A DNA stretch of 64,000 bases from Octopus sinensis. Its lineage: Eukaryota. The notes beneath the pieces were generated by a model. It did no database searches. It had not been told where the DNA came from and saw only the letters and a program-made list of their open reading frames with translations. The stretch's first letter is position 1, and every line of letters starts with the position of its first letter. Of this stretch, positions 26,171-38,412 are shown one piece after another. The translations under genes and the position numbers were made by a program. The stretch spans positions 13,082,001 to 13,146,000 of the forward strand of contig NC_043008.1 in assembly GCF_006345805.1 (NCBI RefSeq). Reading direction: 5' to 3'.

Positions 26171-26203
26171 CGTTAATAATAATAATAAAAAAAAAAAAAA
26201 AAA

Positions 26204-26236
<33 letters not shown>

Positions 26237-26574
26237 TAATAATAATAATAATGTTAATAATTAGAAGCAACTGAAATCAAATGCAGAACGAATACAGAAA
26301 TGGAATATGAGTAGAGGTAGTGGAATATAATTAGATAATGGACAAATATTTCAAAGAGAAATTTCGATTCCTATGTTATCTTGCTCCATGATACTGTTTC
26401 AATATTCTGTTTGTATTGATATCAAAGCCAGAGAGATTGATGTTGACGAACGCTAAACAAAACTGAATTACCAAAGGGTTTTCCATAGTAATGAAATTAT
26501 ATTTGAATACAAATGAGAAGAAACAAAAATATTAAGTCTATGAATGTACGCTTTAAAACGTAATTAACTGAATG

Positions 26575-26615
<41 letters not shown>

Positions 26616-26849
26616 ATACATGTATGTATATATGCATATATATATATGTGGTTGTACGTGTTTTTGTGTCTGTGTGTCTGTGTGTTTTCTTCATATTTAT
26701 GTACATAGATTATTTAGATAAATTAGCAAGGAGACAGTAAGACGATGTAAATAGTGGCATGATTGCCCCGAAGTAAACATAAGTAAACATAACTATCAAT
26801 GCATGCCCTGGGTAATCACAGATGCATGCAGACGCACGTAGATACAGAC

Positions 26850-26896
<47 letters not shown>

Positions 26897-27006
26897 ATAT
26901 ATATTATAATATATATTTTATATGAATATATATATATCATAATATATAGAGTCGATGTATATAATATATATATTATATTACATGATATATATATATATAT
27001 ATATAT

Positions 27007-27037
<31 letters not shown>

Positions 27038-27232
27038 GTTAATCCAAACAAGAAAACAAAAAAAACAACAACGCAAGGACGTGGAACAAATAGAGTATTA
27101 TTGGACGTCAGGAAAGAAGGGAAGAAGGAGGGTTTGACGTTTCGAGCGGAGCTCTTCGTCGGAAACATAGGAAAAGGAAAGATCCCTAGAAGGGAAGACA
27201 GGGGAAAAAATCGTTAGTGATACAGACGAGGT
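27038..27232 (-). mobile_element. Short PLE-type terminal remnant (HHR family B)
   Basis: Homologous to 21180-21385; abuts (TA)n. Confidence 0.72.
27132..27166 (-). ncRNA. Minimal type I hammerhead ribozyme, core CCGACGA, GUC cleavage site
   Basis: Minus: GTTT CCGACGA A GAGC tcc GCTC GAA ACGT C AAAC. Stem I and stem II are perfect; palindromic ACGU replaces stem III. Confidence 0.8.
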
Positions 27233-27441
27233 ATGTATGCAACTTAAGTGAGAGAATTTATATATCCGTATCTGTAAACGGTTATTTTCAATATTTACTT
27301 GCTGTATTGCGTGTTCGTTTCCTTTTTGCATCTGCGATTTTATTTTTGATGTTGTATATAAATGAAGGTATTGCTGCTTTTCATTCTACGCAAAAAGAAG
27401 ATGCATTGCAAAACTGTTATTTTAACAAATTGTAGCTATTT

Positions 27442-27547
27442 ATCACCCGATGAGACACATCTGCGCCGCCATATGCACCAGGAACAGTTGTTAAGTGTCT
27501 CACCCGTGACGGATCGAGGTTTAATATGTCGAAACAATTGTCGTGAT
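27442..27547 (+). ncRNA. Type I hammerhead ribozyme with long stem II insert, core CCGAUGA
   Basis: ATCAC CCGATGA GACA [69 nt] TGTC GAA ACAATTGT C GTGAT. Stems I and II pair, stem III is palindromic, cleavage triplet GUC. Confidence 0.75.
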
Positions 27548-28036
27548 TAATACTCACAATTCTCCTTTATTTATTCCATCTTCTGTCTTTCATTTACCAT
27601 TCATATATAAATATTAATATCTATCTCTCTATCTATCTATCTATATACATTTTATTATCACTGTGATAAAATAAGTCTACAGCTGGAGAAGGACTTTCTA
27701 CTACCATGTTCTTAATGATAAAATTAAACTCTCTGTCTATATATCTACCCTCTTTGTAATGTTGGCAAATGAAATAAGTATAAAAATGTACATTGTCCAT
27801 TTAATTAAAAAAATTCTATATGTGGCTGAAGATTGCTTTACATATTAAAACTGATGTAATACATACATAGTTTAATAAAATGAAGTAGCATAAAACGATT
27901 GTAATATGCTACCTTGGATATCCCTGTTGCTTATTTTAATTATAATCACCCCATTTGATTTATATGGATAATATAATAAAATACTCTGGTGCCTTTAACT
28001 TAAGTACAATCTTCATCGGAATCTAAATTTTGGTGA

Positions 28037-28066
<30 letters not shown>

Positions 28067-28067
<1 letters not shown>

Positions 28068-28343
28068 GACCCTGTTATCTCCCCTATTTTCGCTCTTGCG
28101 TCTCACGTTTGATCTCTGATTTCTGGCCACAATCGCCATGTTGAATCGCTAGCTTCTGCTCGCATTTTTTTTTCTCTCCTTGTTTCTCTCCGTGTTTCTT
28201 TTCTGTGTATCTTTCTGTTGAAGCGCGTAGGCTCGAAACGTAAAAGACTTGTTTTATTTATATTCCTGAGCGCCATACTAATACAATTGTTTGTTTGTAC
28301 TCCACCTGCCTTCGTATTTTGTTTATTTTCATAAGCTTCCCGT
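28067..28343 (+). mobile_element. Penelope-like element 3' terminal (pLTR) copy
   Basis: Aligns with the reverse complement of 10241-10525; flanked by (TA)n on both sides. Confidence 0.85.
28210..28247 (+). ncRNA. Minimal type I hammerhead, variant core CUGUUGA
   Basis: TCTTT CTGTTGA A GCGC gtag GCTC GAA ACGT A AAAGA. Confidence 0.7.
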
Positions 28344-29139
28344 TATATATATATATATATATATATTCAGCAAAGCATATATATATGTAGTGTACGTATA
28401 TGTACACTTTTGAAGATTTATATATTACCTAATCGCCTCTTTGTCGTCAATTTAGCTTTTGTTGCGTGGCCGTATACGATATGTTATTATTGATTATTGC
28501 ATATATAAGCAAACAATTTCACAGTTAAAATTCAATGATAAAATGCTAGCGGAATTGCTGACCGAAACACTTTCTTGTAAATGCAAAGAATCCGCAAAAT
28601 GATCCTGAATTATAACTAATCGAAATGTTTCTTTGATCATTGCTGGAGACTTTGTTGTTGTAACCAGCAGGAAGTTAGTCAGAAATGATTGAATAATTTG
28701 GCAGTTGAAAGCATATCAGGGCGCACGACATTTTTTTCCTCAATAAAATGTGACTAATAAAATATTTACGTAAAAACACAATAGTAATATCGTCACCGAC
28801 AACACTAAGCTGTCTCATAGAAAATGAACGGTTAAATTCTCACCTCGTAATCTGTTTACAAAATGGCGTAATGTGGTTTTGTTATTTTTTTGTGGGCCAA
28901 ATACAAGCGTACATGGCTACATATATGTACATACACATTCATCCTTGCGCGCACATATATTCATGTGTTAATATTCGCTTTTATGTTCAGTTATAATAGA
29001 ATCAATTTTACGTTAATATGAAGGGTTACTTTATATTTGTAGAGTACACATCTATTTTTCTTAAGCAAGATTATTACAGACAGTGGCTTTAAACTTTCGG
29101 CCAGTTAACCCATCGTCAGGCAGCTGCAGTTACATTTCA

Positions 29140-29182
29140 TGTGTGTGTGCGTGTGTGTATGCATATGTGTATGTATATACGT

Positions 29183-29242
<60 letters not shown>

Positions 29243-29315
29243 GTGTGTGTGTATATATATATGTATATATGTATATATATATATATATGTGTAAATATAT
29301 GTATGTATATATATG

Positions 29316-29350
<35 letters not shown>

Positions 29351-29367
29351 GTATGTATGTATATATG

Positions 29368-29414
<47 letters not shown>

Positions 29415-29447
29415 GTATGTATGTATAAATATACACACACGTATATA
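29140..29447. repeat. (TA/TG)n compound microsatellite
   Basis: Read directly from the sequence. Confidence 0.95.
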
Positions 29448-30833
29448 GTCATTCGTTTTATTTGTTTATTGGCATAATGTACGAACATCATCTCTTTGAA
29501 CCTCACATTAATTATTATATGGGTATTTATTATCTGCTTGAGAGAATGTTAACATACAAGTAGTAACGAAAAAAATTTTGGAATAAAGAAAGTAAAAAGC
29601 AACGACAATTTTATGACCGCGTGTCTGTGTGTGTTGTATGTGTGTGTGAAACGACGGGAAAACGAACAATAAAGAATATTTGGAATGAAGCTGATATAGA
29701 TTAGAGCCTGCACGTGTATGGTTTAACATTGATGAACGTCTATATCATTTTGTTGACAGGCGTTAAGATAGAAATAAATACTTAATGAGAGAACTGTATG
29801 TAAATCAAGAAAAAGTGAAAATATAGATAGACTTATATTTACACCTGTTGGGTATCTATGCTTCCCTCTGTTTACTCCGCTACTGTTTTGCATTGGAGCG
29901 TACTGATTTGTGTATGACATGTCTTGAATAATATTTGGATGATTTGAATATATACATGTGATAATACGTTTGTGTATAAATGCTTCATTGGTAAACTATA
30001 ACTATATATTCCACATCAAATTTCCTGAACGAACAGTGACCTGTAATCATAAAGCTATTGAATATTTAATATTAGGAAAAGATTGAAATCTCCTTTATTT
30101 CAATATTCCAATATTAGGTAGTAGCAGCGAGATGAAATAGTAAAATATACTGTTTTGGATCGATGCTCGTATATGTTACGAATATCAATACTTGTATCAT
30201 AAACTATGCTTATAATGTGTACCCATATTAAAAGTGAAATTTCTTCTTCGGTGTTGTGCGACTTAAGCAGCAGCCCGGATTTAGATTTATCCTGTACTGT
30301 TTGCAAATTGCTATGTAAACGTGGGAACTGATTGAAAGAAAAAAAGAAAGTCAAACGTTATCAATATTCATATAAGCGAATAAATACGTAAATCTCATAT
30401 GTATAGACGTTTTCAGTTCTGACATTCCAGATATCGTATTACTTTGGCAATGTAGACCAGTCTTGTATCACAATTCAATGATCTCTCACAATTTTTCGAT
30501 TCACCAAATGATTTATACCCGTGTAATCGATACGTTGATTGCAAGTCGTGTGATAGTGAAGAGATGATCAACTATATGATGTAACCTAATTGAAAGCTAC
30601 GCAGGTCAGAGGAGGATAATCTCATCTGATTCACTTATAGCTATGCGTTTGACTCACAGCTCTTACAATTTTGAATTTATGCTCTTAGTATGAAATTACT
30701 GGAATCAGGAATACGTTTGTAAGAAACATATCTATTTCAATTATTTGATGTAGCTATGTAGGTGTAAAGATACACACATAAACGCACATACACACAAATT
30801 ATATATATATATATATATAAGTATGTATGTATG

Positions 30834-30876
<43 letters not shown>

Positions 30877-30917
30877 GTGTGTGTATGTATATAAATAAAT
30901 AAATATATGCGCATTCA

Positions 30918-31292
30918 TTTCTCGTTGTTTGCTTCAGTTATTTGACTGCGGCTATGCTGCAGCACCGCCTGTAGTCGAAAAGGTCGACCCCAAGAAATGT
31001 TCCTTTTAAGTCTGGTATTTATTATATTGGTCTCTATTGCCGAAGCGCTAAAATCGGTTGTGAAGTGATGGTGAGGGGACAAACACAGACACACACACAC
31101 ATATATATATATGTGTGTGTGTGTTTGTGTGTGTATATGACGGGCTTCTTTCAGTTTACGTTTACCAAATCCACTCACTAGACTTTCGTCAGCCCGAGGC
31201 TATAGCAGAAGACGCTTATCCAAGGTGCCACGTAGTGGATATGAACTAGAGATCATGTGGTTGGTAAGCAAGCTACTAAACACACAGCCACT
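30918..31292 (-). mobile_element. SINE family A
   Basis: Reverse complement of family A with an internal deletion. Confidence 0.85.
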
Positions 31293-31485
31293 ATGTATAT
31301 GTTGCATATATGCTTCCATTTTGAGAACGCAGCATATTAATATCTTCGAGAAACAACCAGCGTATAATCGGTAATCACAACTAAATAAATGTTAAAATAG
31401 AAAAAAAAGGATAGCATTACTGTCACTTGTGTCTTAAAACACTTCGATAAATCTTCTAAACGAAGATATAGCATAGTATAGTGTA

Positions 31486-31528
<43 letters not shown>

Positions 31529-31902
31529 ATATATATATATTATGCATATATATATATATACATATATATGTATGTATGTAATATATATATATATATATAT
31601 ATATATGTGTATGCATATATATGTATATATATACATATATGTATGTATGTAATATATATATATAATATATATAATATATATATGTGTGTGTGTGTGTATG
31701 TATGTATGTAATATATATATATATATATATATATATTATTTGTATGTTATATAAGTGCACATATACAGAGAACGAAAGAAAGAGAGAGAGAGAGAGAGTG
31801 AGAGATAGAAAGAGCGATGCAGAAAATAACAAGTTTGAGTATTACGTTTAAAAGTGCATAGATTGTTTTGGAGACATAAAGCATTTATATATATATATAT
31901 AT

Positions 31903-31955
<53 letters not shown>

Positions 31956-31982
31956 TATATATAATGTATATATATATAATAT

Positions 31983-32020
<38 letters not shown>

Positions 32021-32032
32021 CTCGTAATACTA

Positions 32033-32102
<70 letters not shown>

Positions 32103-32170
32103 GTGGTGTGTGTGTGTGTGTGTGAGAGAGAATATATATGTGTGTGAAAAATTGATACAGATATAGATAG
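31486..32170. repeat. Degenerate (TA)n arrays
   Basis: Read directly from the sequence. Confidence 0.9.
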
Positions 32171-32727
32171 ATATTCATATGCAGATATGGATATATCGAT
32201 CGTTTTTTGCTATATGTATTTTAGTGTCGTATTTAATATTGTCGCCAACAAATGTGACTATGTCTTTGAGATATATTCAATCGTGTCGTGTATCAAATTA
32301 ACGGTTTCAACCATTGGAGTGCAGCTACACTGAATGTTGTACTATCAAATGTCGGGTAAATTATATCTAAACGGACGCATAGTGACAAGTACTTATTTAT
32401 TGATCTTGATAAATTTGCGATAGTTTTGTGCTTTCATTTCAACATAGAACGTAATGGAATGTACTCCACCGTTATATATTCGTGTTATCAGCTATGTGTA
32501 CGAAAGGGTGTGAAGAAATGAGTGCGGTGTTCAAGTTAAACTGATGGGTTCATATCTCGAGAAAGGCAATTTGTGCTGACTTAAATGCATGTTATTTAGG
32601 ATTGCGCAGATCAGAGCGAAAAATGAATTAAACCGTTCCAAAGTAACTCCACAGAGGCTGCTAATATACTATGAGAATGTCACATTATGGTTATCTTACA
32701 GAAGAAATACTGCCATACACTGTTGTA

Positions 32728-32733
32728 CATATG

Positions 32734-32827
<94 letters not shown>

Positions 32828-32865
32828 GTAGATAGATAGATATAGATAGAGGATATATAGAAAGG

Positions 32866-32909
<44 letters not shown>

Positions 32910-33011
32910 CTGACAGACAGATAGATAAATAGAAAGATAGATAGATTGATGGATGGGATAGACAGATAGATAGATAGAATGATAGATAGATAGATAGACT
33001 GACAGACATAT

Positions 33012-33072
<61 letters not shown>
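32728..33072. repeat. (TA)n + (GATA)n array
   Basis: Read directly from the sequence. Confidence 0.95.
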
Positions 33073-33073
<1 letters not shown>

Positions 33074-33109
33074 ACATGCAGGCAGCCTGAGAAATAGACA
33101 GGCGAACAG

Positions 33110-33260
33110 AAATTTTCTTTATTAGCCACACAGGGCTGAACACAGATGGGACAAAAATACAATGTAGAGCTTTTCTTTTTGAAAATAGACACAGAAGGAG
33201 GAGACAATTAATTTCTGATCAAAACGGATCGTGCAAAAAAAAAAAGCGATCAGAAAATAT
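33110..33260 (-). mobile_element. 3' end of an unclassified retroelement next to (GATA)n
   Basis: tttctttattagccacacagggctgaacacagatgggacaa...gtagagcttttctttt is homologous to 63015-63080; the minus strand ends in AATAAAGAAA. Confidence 0.65.
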
Positions 33261-33843
33261 AAATGTAAAAAAACAACAAAAAACATATATTAGGTTTATC
33301 TGTGGAAAGAAAAGCCTACAGAAAAGACCTCGGTAGCCTCAGGCAGGGAGGAAAAAAAGCACACGTGAGCAAAGTGCTCTCTCTCTGTCCCTTTTTTTCG
33401 ATTTACAGGATCATATTCAAAGTAGTTTCGTCATTCGCACGTACCAACTTTGCTACATTTACTTACCTTTTATTGAATATTTCACGTGACAAAACTTGCG
33501 AGATATTTAATTAGTTAGTTAGATAAATGATAGATAGATATGTAAATCGATAGATAGATAGGACGTCTTTCTGTTTCTATAAACCAAATTTATAAATATA
33601 TGACCAAAATGTGACTCACGATTAAGTGACTCCTTGCGGTGTCACTTAATCGTTTCACCCTTATATATAAAATATTTTAAATAAAACTTGACCATTAAGA
33701 TATTTTAGGGCATACAATTCCACGGCATAGTGCATTCAAAAGTGTGGCAATCGGGGCAATACATTTAGTATGGTACACAGATGGCAATTGTAATTTAACT
33801 ATGTTTCGATTGCATAACATACTTTCATATACGTGTGTGGGTA

Positions 33844-33895
<52 letters not shown>

Positions 33896-35094
33896 CTTTG
33901 AACCTCCATAAATCCTAAATTTTATTTTAGAATTTTAGAATATCAACTAATTTCATGTTATCAAATTATGTTGGAGCGAGCATAGAATAAGGTTGGAAAG
34001 AGAGCTATTTGTAACTAAGGTAACTACTGCAATATCCAATTGCTGGGTTTTATTGAGATATGGAAATGTCTTATACGCTTTCACTAATAAGAAAAAGGCC
34101 CCTGAAGATAAGGAAAAAAAAGCAAAAGCTAAAATATATACCTTTAAGCGGAGAATATTCACCCTCTGTGTTATCTCGTAATGTCACGCTCTGTCTCTCC
34201 TTCTTTCTCTCCCTCTTTCTCTTTCTTTCTCCCCTCTCTCTCTCTCCCTATATGTATATATATACATATATATACAGAGATAGATACATAGATAGTTAGA
34301 TATAGACATACATATACACCCACATATATATTTACATATTTATACCTATATACATACTTACATTCATATATATATGTGTGTGTGTGTGTATACATATATT
34401 ATACTTATGTTAGTATAATATGTGTGTGTGTACATGTATACGTATATAAACATGCACAGACTCCCATTCTCAAAACACCCACACATGTCCACTCACAAAC
34501 GCACGCACTAGATTGTAAGATACCTCCACTTTTACACGGCTAACTATCTACTAAACCTATCTCTCCTCTCTGGCAATAATAGCTGTCTCCATCCAAAATA
34601 AATGAGTATTTATACTTTCTGCTGGCTTTTGAAGACAGGAAATAAATGGTTATTTAAAATATAATAGCTATAAATATAAAGATAAAGAATCAAATCATTG
34701 TTGAGTGATTATACTTTATTTTCTATATATGAGTTATATATTTCGGTTTTATCCACTAATTTCCAACGTTTGTGTGATCTGAATTTGATTATCATGAATT
34801 ACATTACCTCTCATGTTTAGCTGTTAAATGTTAACAGTAACCACACAGCAACTCGTCCTTCATTTTGTTCCCTCACATAATGTTTAACTTTCGTTCGTAT
34901 GATTTGTTTTCAGTGGTATAAGCCTAAGTCTTACAACTTGTGATATGATCTTAAGGGTAATGTCTCTATCTGCGGTGTGATCTGATCCTTTATAAATCTC
35001 TTACAGCGAACTCCTGTTGCATGTGAGCCAATTTCTTCCGGCGAGAAGAAACAGCAAATGCATGGTGGTGAGTGAAATATTGCGTTGCACACAA

Positions 35095-35374
35095 TGGCAT
35101 GCCGTTCAGAAAGTGCTGACTTCAAGAGTATCCTAAAAGGACTCTTTGGAACCCCAAATTTCAGAGTTCTTTTGGCGGGCTTAGAAAAAACTGAAGAACG
35201 GGTGCCAAAAGTGTGCGGATTTGAGAGGCGAATATACTGGATAAAATTAATTCATTCTTTTTATTTTTAATTTTTTAAAACAATTCATTCTTTTTATATA
35301 CTGGATAAAATAAATAACTGCTCCTCATACATTTTATTTTACACAAAGCCAGGAACTTTTCAGCACCCACTCGT
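35095..35374 (+). mobile_element. mariner transposon right end (transposase C-terminus remnant plus TIR)
   Basis: Degenerate GLEKTEER.PKV/KC..GEY remnant followed by TIR aaagccaggaacttttcagcacc. Confidence 0.65.
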
Positions 35375-36073
35375 GTGTGCATACACACACACAAACACAC
35401 ACACACACACACACGTACACACACAAACACACACATACACATAGTCAGAGTGAGAAATGAATAAAGAGAGGTAGGAATTGAGTTCCGTAACGGACTGGCA
35501 TTTTATTCATTGGACTCGTATGTATACAGCACGTAGTTCACTTCAGTGTGATGTAGACATACAACAAAATGAACTCCCCTAGGAGGTCTCTCCTCCAATA
35601 AAATAACTGACAACCGATAGTCTTGACGTAGCTTATGTAAACAAACACAAAAAACAAAGTAGAGTAATTTTTATACAAAATGGAAGAACAGATGGATAAG
35701 TGTGTTTACGTAAAAAATCATCCTCACGAGCAATTTATTTTGATGGATACAGTTACATGAAATAATTGTAGACATATTTTTGACCTATGCGGTCTAGATT
35801 AAATAGTTGTACTCATAAAATGTAGAAGCTATTCTAGGCCGGTGTTCAATATTAAAAGTTCGTGTGTTCGATTCCTGCTGAGAGCTTTGTAATGTATGTC
35901 AGCATTACAACAAATTTGACAAGTATCTGGAACAATGAGAGGTGTATGTGTTACGTGGATTTCGTACATATTGTAATAGGCCCAATCTGTCATCTCGTTT
36001 AACAATACTCCCAGGCAACACGGTGCATGATTTTAGCTGAATATGGTATATTACATTAGTCCGAAACTGGATA

Positions 36074-36308
36074 TCTATTTCTTTACTACCCTCAAGGGAC
36101 TAAACAAAGAGAGGACAAACAAGGACAGACAAATGAATTAAGTCGATTACATCGACCCCAGGGCGCAACTGGTACTTAATTTATCGACCCCGAAAGGATG
36201 AAAGGCAAAGTCGACCTCGGTGGAATTTGAACTCAAAACGTAACGGCAGACGAAATTCCGCGTACGGATTTCACCCGGCGTGCCAACGTTTCTGCCAGCT
36301 CAGCGCCT
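36074..36308 (-). mobile_element. SINE family B, full length with TSD
   Basis: Head (minus) ggcgctgagctggcagaaacgttggcacgccgg; TSD tccgaaactggat (36060) / tccgaacctggat (36309). Confidence 0.92.
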
Positions 36309-37073
36309 TCCGAACCTGGATACAGGAAGTGCCGTTCCTTTCCACACCCGACCCTTAACCCATTTCCAACTCTCTAACAAGAGTTAATATGTCTGCTTCC
36401 ACTCAAGCTCGTCTATAATAGATTAAATCGTTTATAACCTTAAACCTAACTGTATACAATTCATATACATATCTGCATCAGCGTGCAGGTAGATATTGTA
36501 TGCGATATTGCTTAAATGTATGCAAAAATATGCATAATTCGGGTGTGCTTCGACGCATTTAATTTTTAATAACATTTTCTTTATGAGATTCTATGTACAT
36601 TTTTGTTTTGGCATTTGAACAGACGACTGAATTTTATTCCGCATCTAGATTTCTGTGCTCACCTTATATGTAAATTAGATGACGATTGCGCTTAGGAAAT
36701 AACATGTAGCGGATTTTCAAGAAACAGAATTTTACTTAATTATATTTGGGTGAATAAGTTAACTTTCAACAATTAATTTTGTCTCTTTAATCAGTCTACC
36801 GAGAGCGGATGAATAATCACATTACTCCCCTCTCGAATAACTCTATCGTGACCCTTAATCATTCATGCACTTCTAAACAATGTTATGTGCACTGTAACGC
36901 CGATTCCAGAAAAAAATTTGCCTATCATAAACACAGTAATATATATATATACACGCAAACAAAAGGATGCGCGTACACACATACACATATATGACTGTAT
37001 ATGCGTGCGCGGTTATATGCATGAATATATGTATATCTATCAGACTATGTGACACATGCTCAAACACACACGC

Positions 37074-37119
<46 letters not shown>

Positions 37120-37289
37120 ATACTTAGATACTTAGATAGGTTTCGGTCGCATTGGCCCAGGCCATAGCTAATTTAAAAGCACCACCTGGAAAAAAAAAAC
37201 ATTTAGCAATTTATTTTTGTACAGTTATTTTTAGTCCCTCTCTGTATTATATGACAAATTGGCTAGGGTATCCCAAAAGAATAACTTAC

Positions 37290-37770
37290 TTCGACGATGT
37301 TTGCTCAGAATGAGCAGCTGAATCGAAATCTCTGTGTTGCTCTGAATGAGAGGTAAAGCCGAACAAACTACACCTTCTTCCATCTTATGCACTTCGATGC
37401 TGCTCATACAGAAAACACTTACCTGAATTATAAAGCAACGCGGAGGCATTGGATTCTTTCAGTTGTAGAGAAATCAGATCCCATTATTGAATTCGCTTAA
37501 AGTGCAGGGAGGGCTTTGACTAATGTTCGGATCACTAACAACAAATGGCAAGAACTGAACTTTGCTCAAGACACAGATAATAAAGGTCAGAATTGTCTAC
37601 AACCTACGAATTTAAGTGGTGAGATTTTAAAAGCCATTCAAGATCGCTTGCCCCAACACAATACATATAAACAGAATTTCAGAGCAGCTATGGAAATTGA
37701 AGCTTCAGAGAATTTTAATATTGTTATGTATGATGACAAGAATGTTAAACCTTTTAAATCACATTATTGA
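37290..37770 (+). pseudogene. Degenerate hAT-like transposase fragment
   Basis: cttcgatgctgctcataca gives LR[C]AAHT (CxxH motif, with a frameshift); KATRRHWILSVVE resembles xxTRWxSxxxMLE; ITNNKWQEL resembles LxxxEWxxL; in-frame stops present. Confidence 0.5.
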
Positions 37771-37890
37771 AATCACAAACTTACAATACAATCAATTATG
37801 ATATAAATTTCAATGTTTTTGTCAAATCATATAATCATATAGAGCTCTATTGGACATTGTATCGTGCTATAAGCATATATATAATATATA

Positions 37891-37941
<51 letters not shown>

Positions 37942-37974
37942 GTGCGTGTGTGTGTGTGAGACAATTATTCCGTA

Positions 37975-38047
37975 GCCATGAAAAAACTCCGAGTTTTTTT
38001 TATGTCAGGCTGGAAATCCACACCGTCATCTCTTCAGTTGTCCTGCC
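37975..38047 (-). ncRNA. Degenerate hammerhead remnant (CUGAAGA core; GAA lost)
   Basis: Minus: caggacaa CTGAAGA gatg...catA aaaaaa ACTCGGAGT T ttttcatg. Topology is retained but G12 is mutated. Confidence 0.35.
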
Positions 38048-38147
38048 ATCGGAAAAAATGGTTGGAAGGTGTTGGAGGAGTTAGACTAACCCCAAACACA
38101 CACACACACACATAGACAACATTACACATTACAATTTTATGTATATA

Positions 38148-38412
38148 ATGGCAGCGTTCACCACCTTAAACAAGGCGACCGTCCAGAAGAGTTGCCCAAG
38201 ATACCGAATTCGTCTGGTGGTTATGGTTGAAGCAAATGGCGATTTTATTAAATAAATGTACTCTTTCCTATTTCAAGATATTCATATGTAATTTTGATAC
38301 ACATATCAGTAAAACACATGGGCTACTGTGTAGTCAATAAATCAAAAAACAAACATTGCACATACGCCAAATTAAAATTATAAAAAGCGAAAATTTACCC
38401 ATCGTACCCTGT
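38148..38412 (+). mobile_element. Tc1/mariner-superfamily 3' remnant
   Basis: KATVQKSCPRYRIRLVVMVEANGDFIK* resembles transposase C-termini; ends ...taccctgta. Confidence 0.6.
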
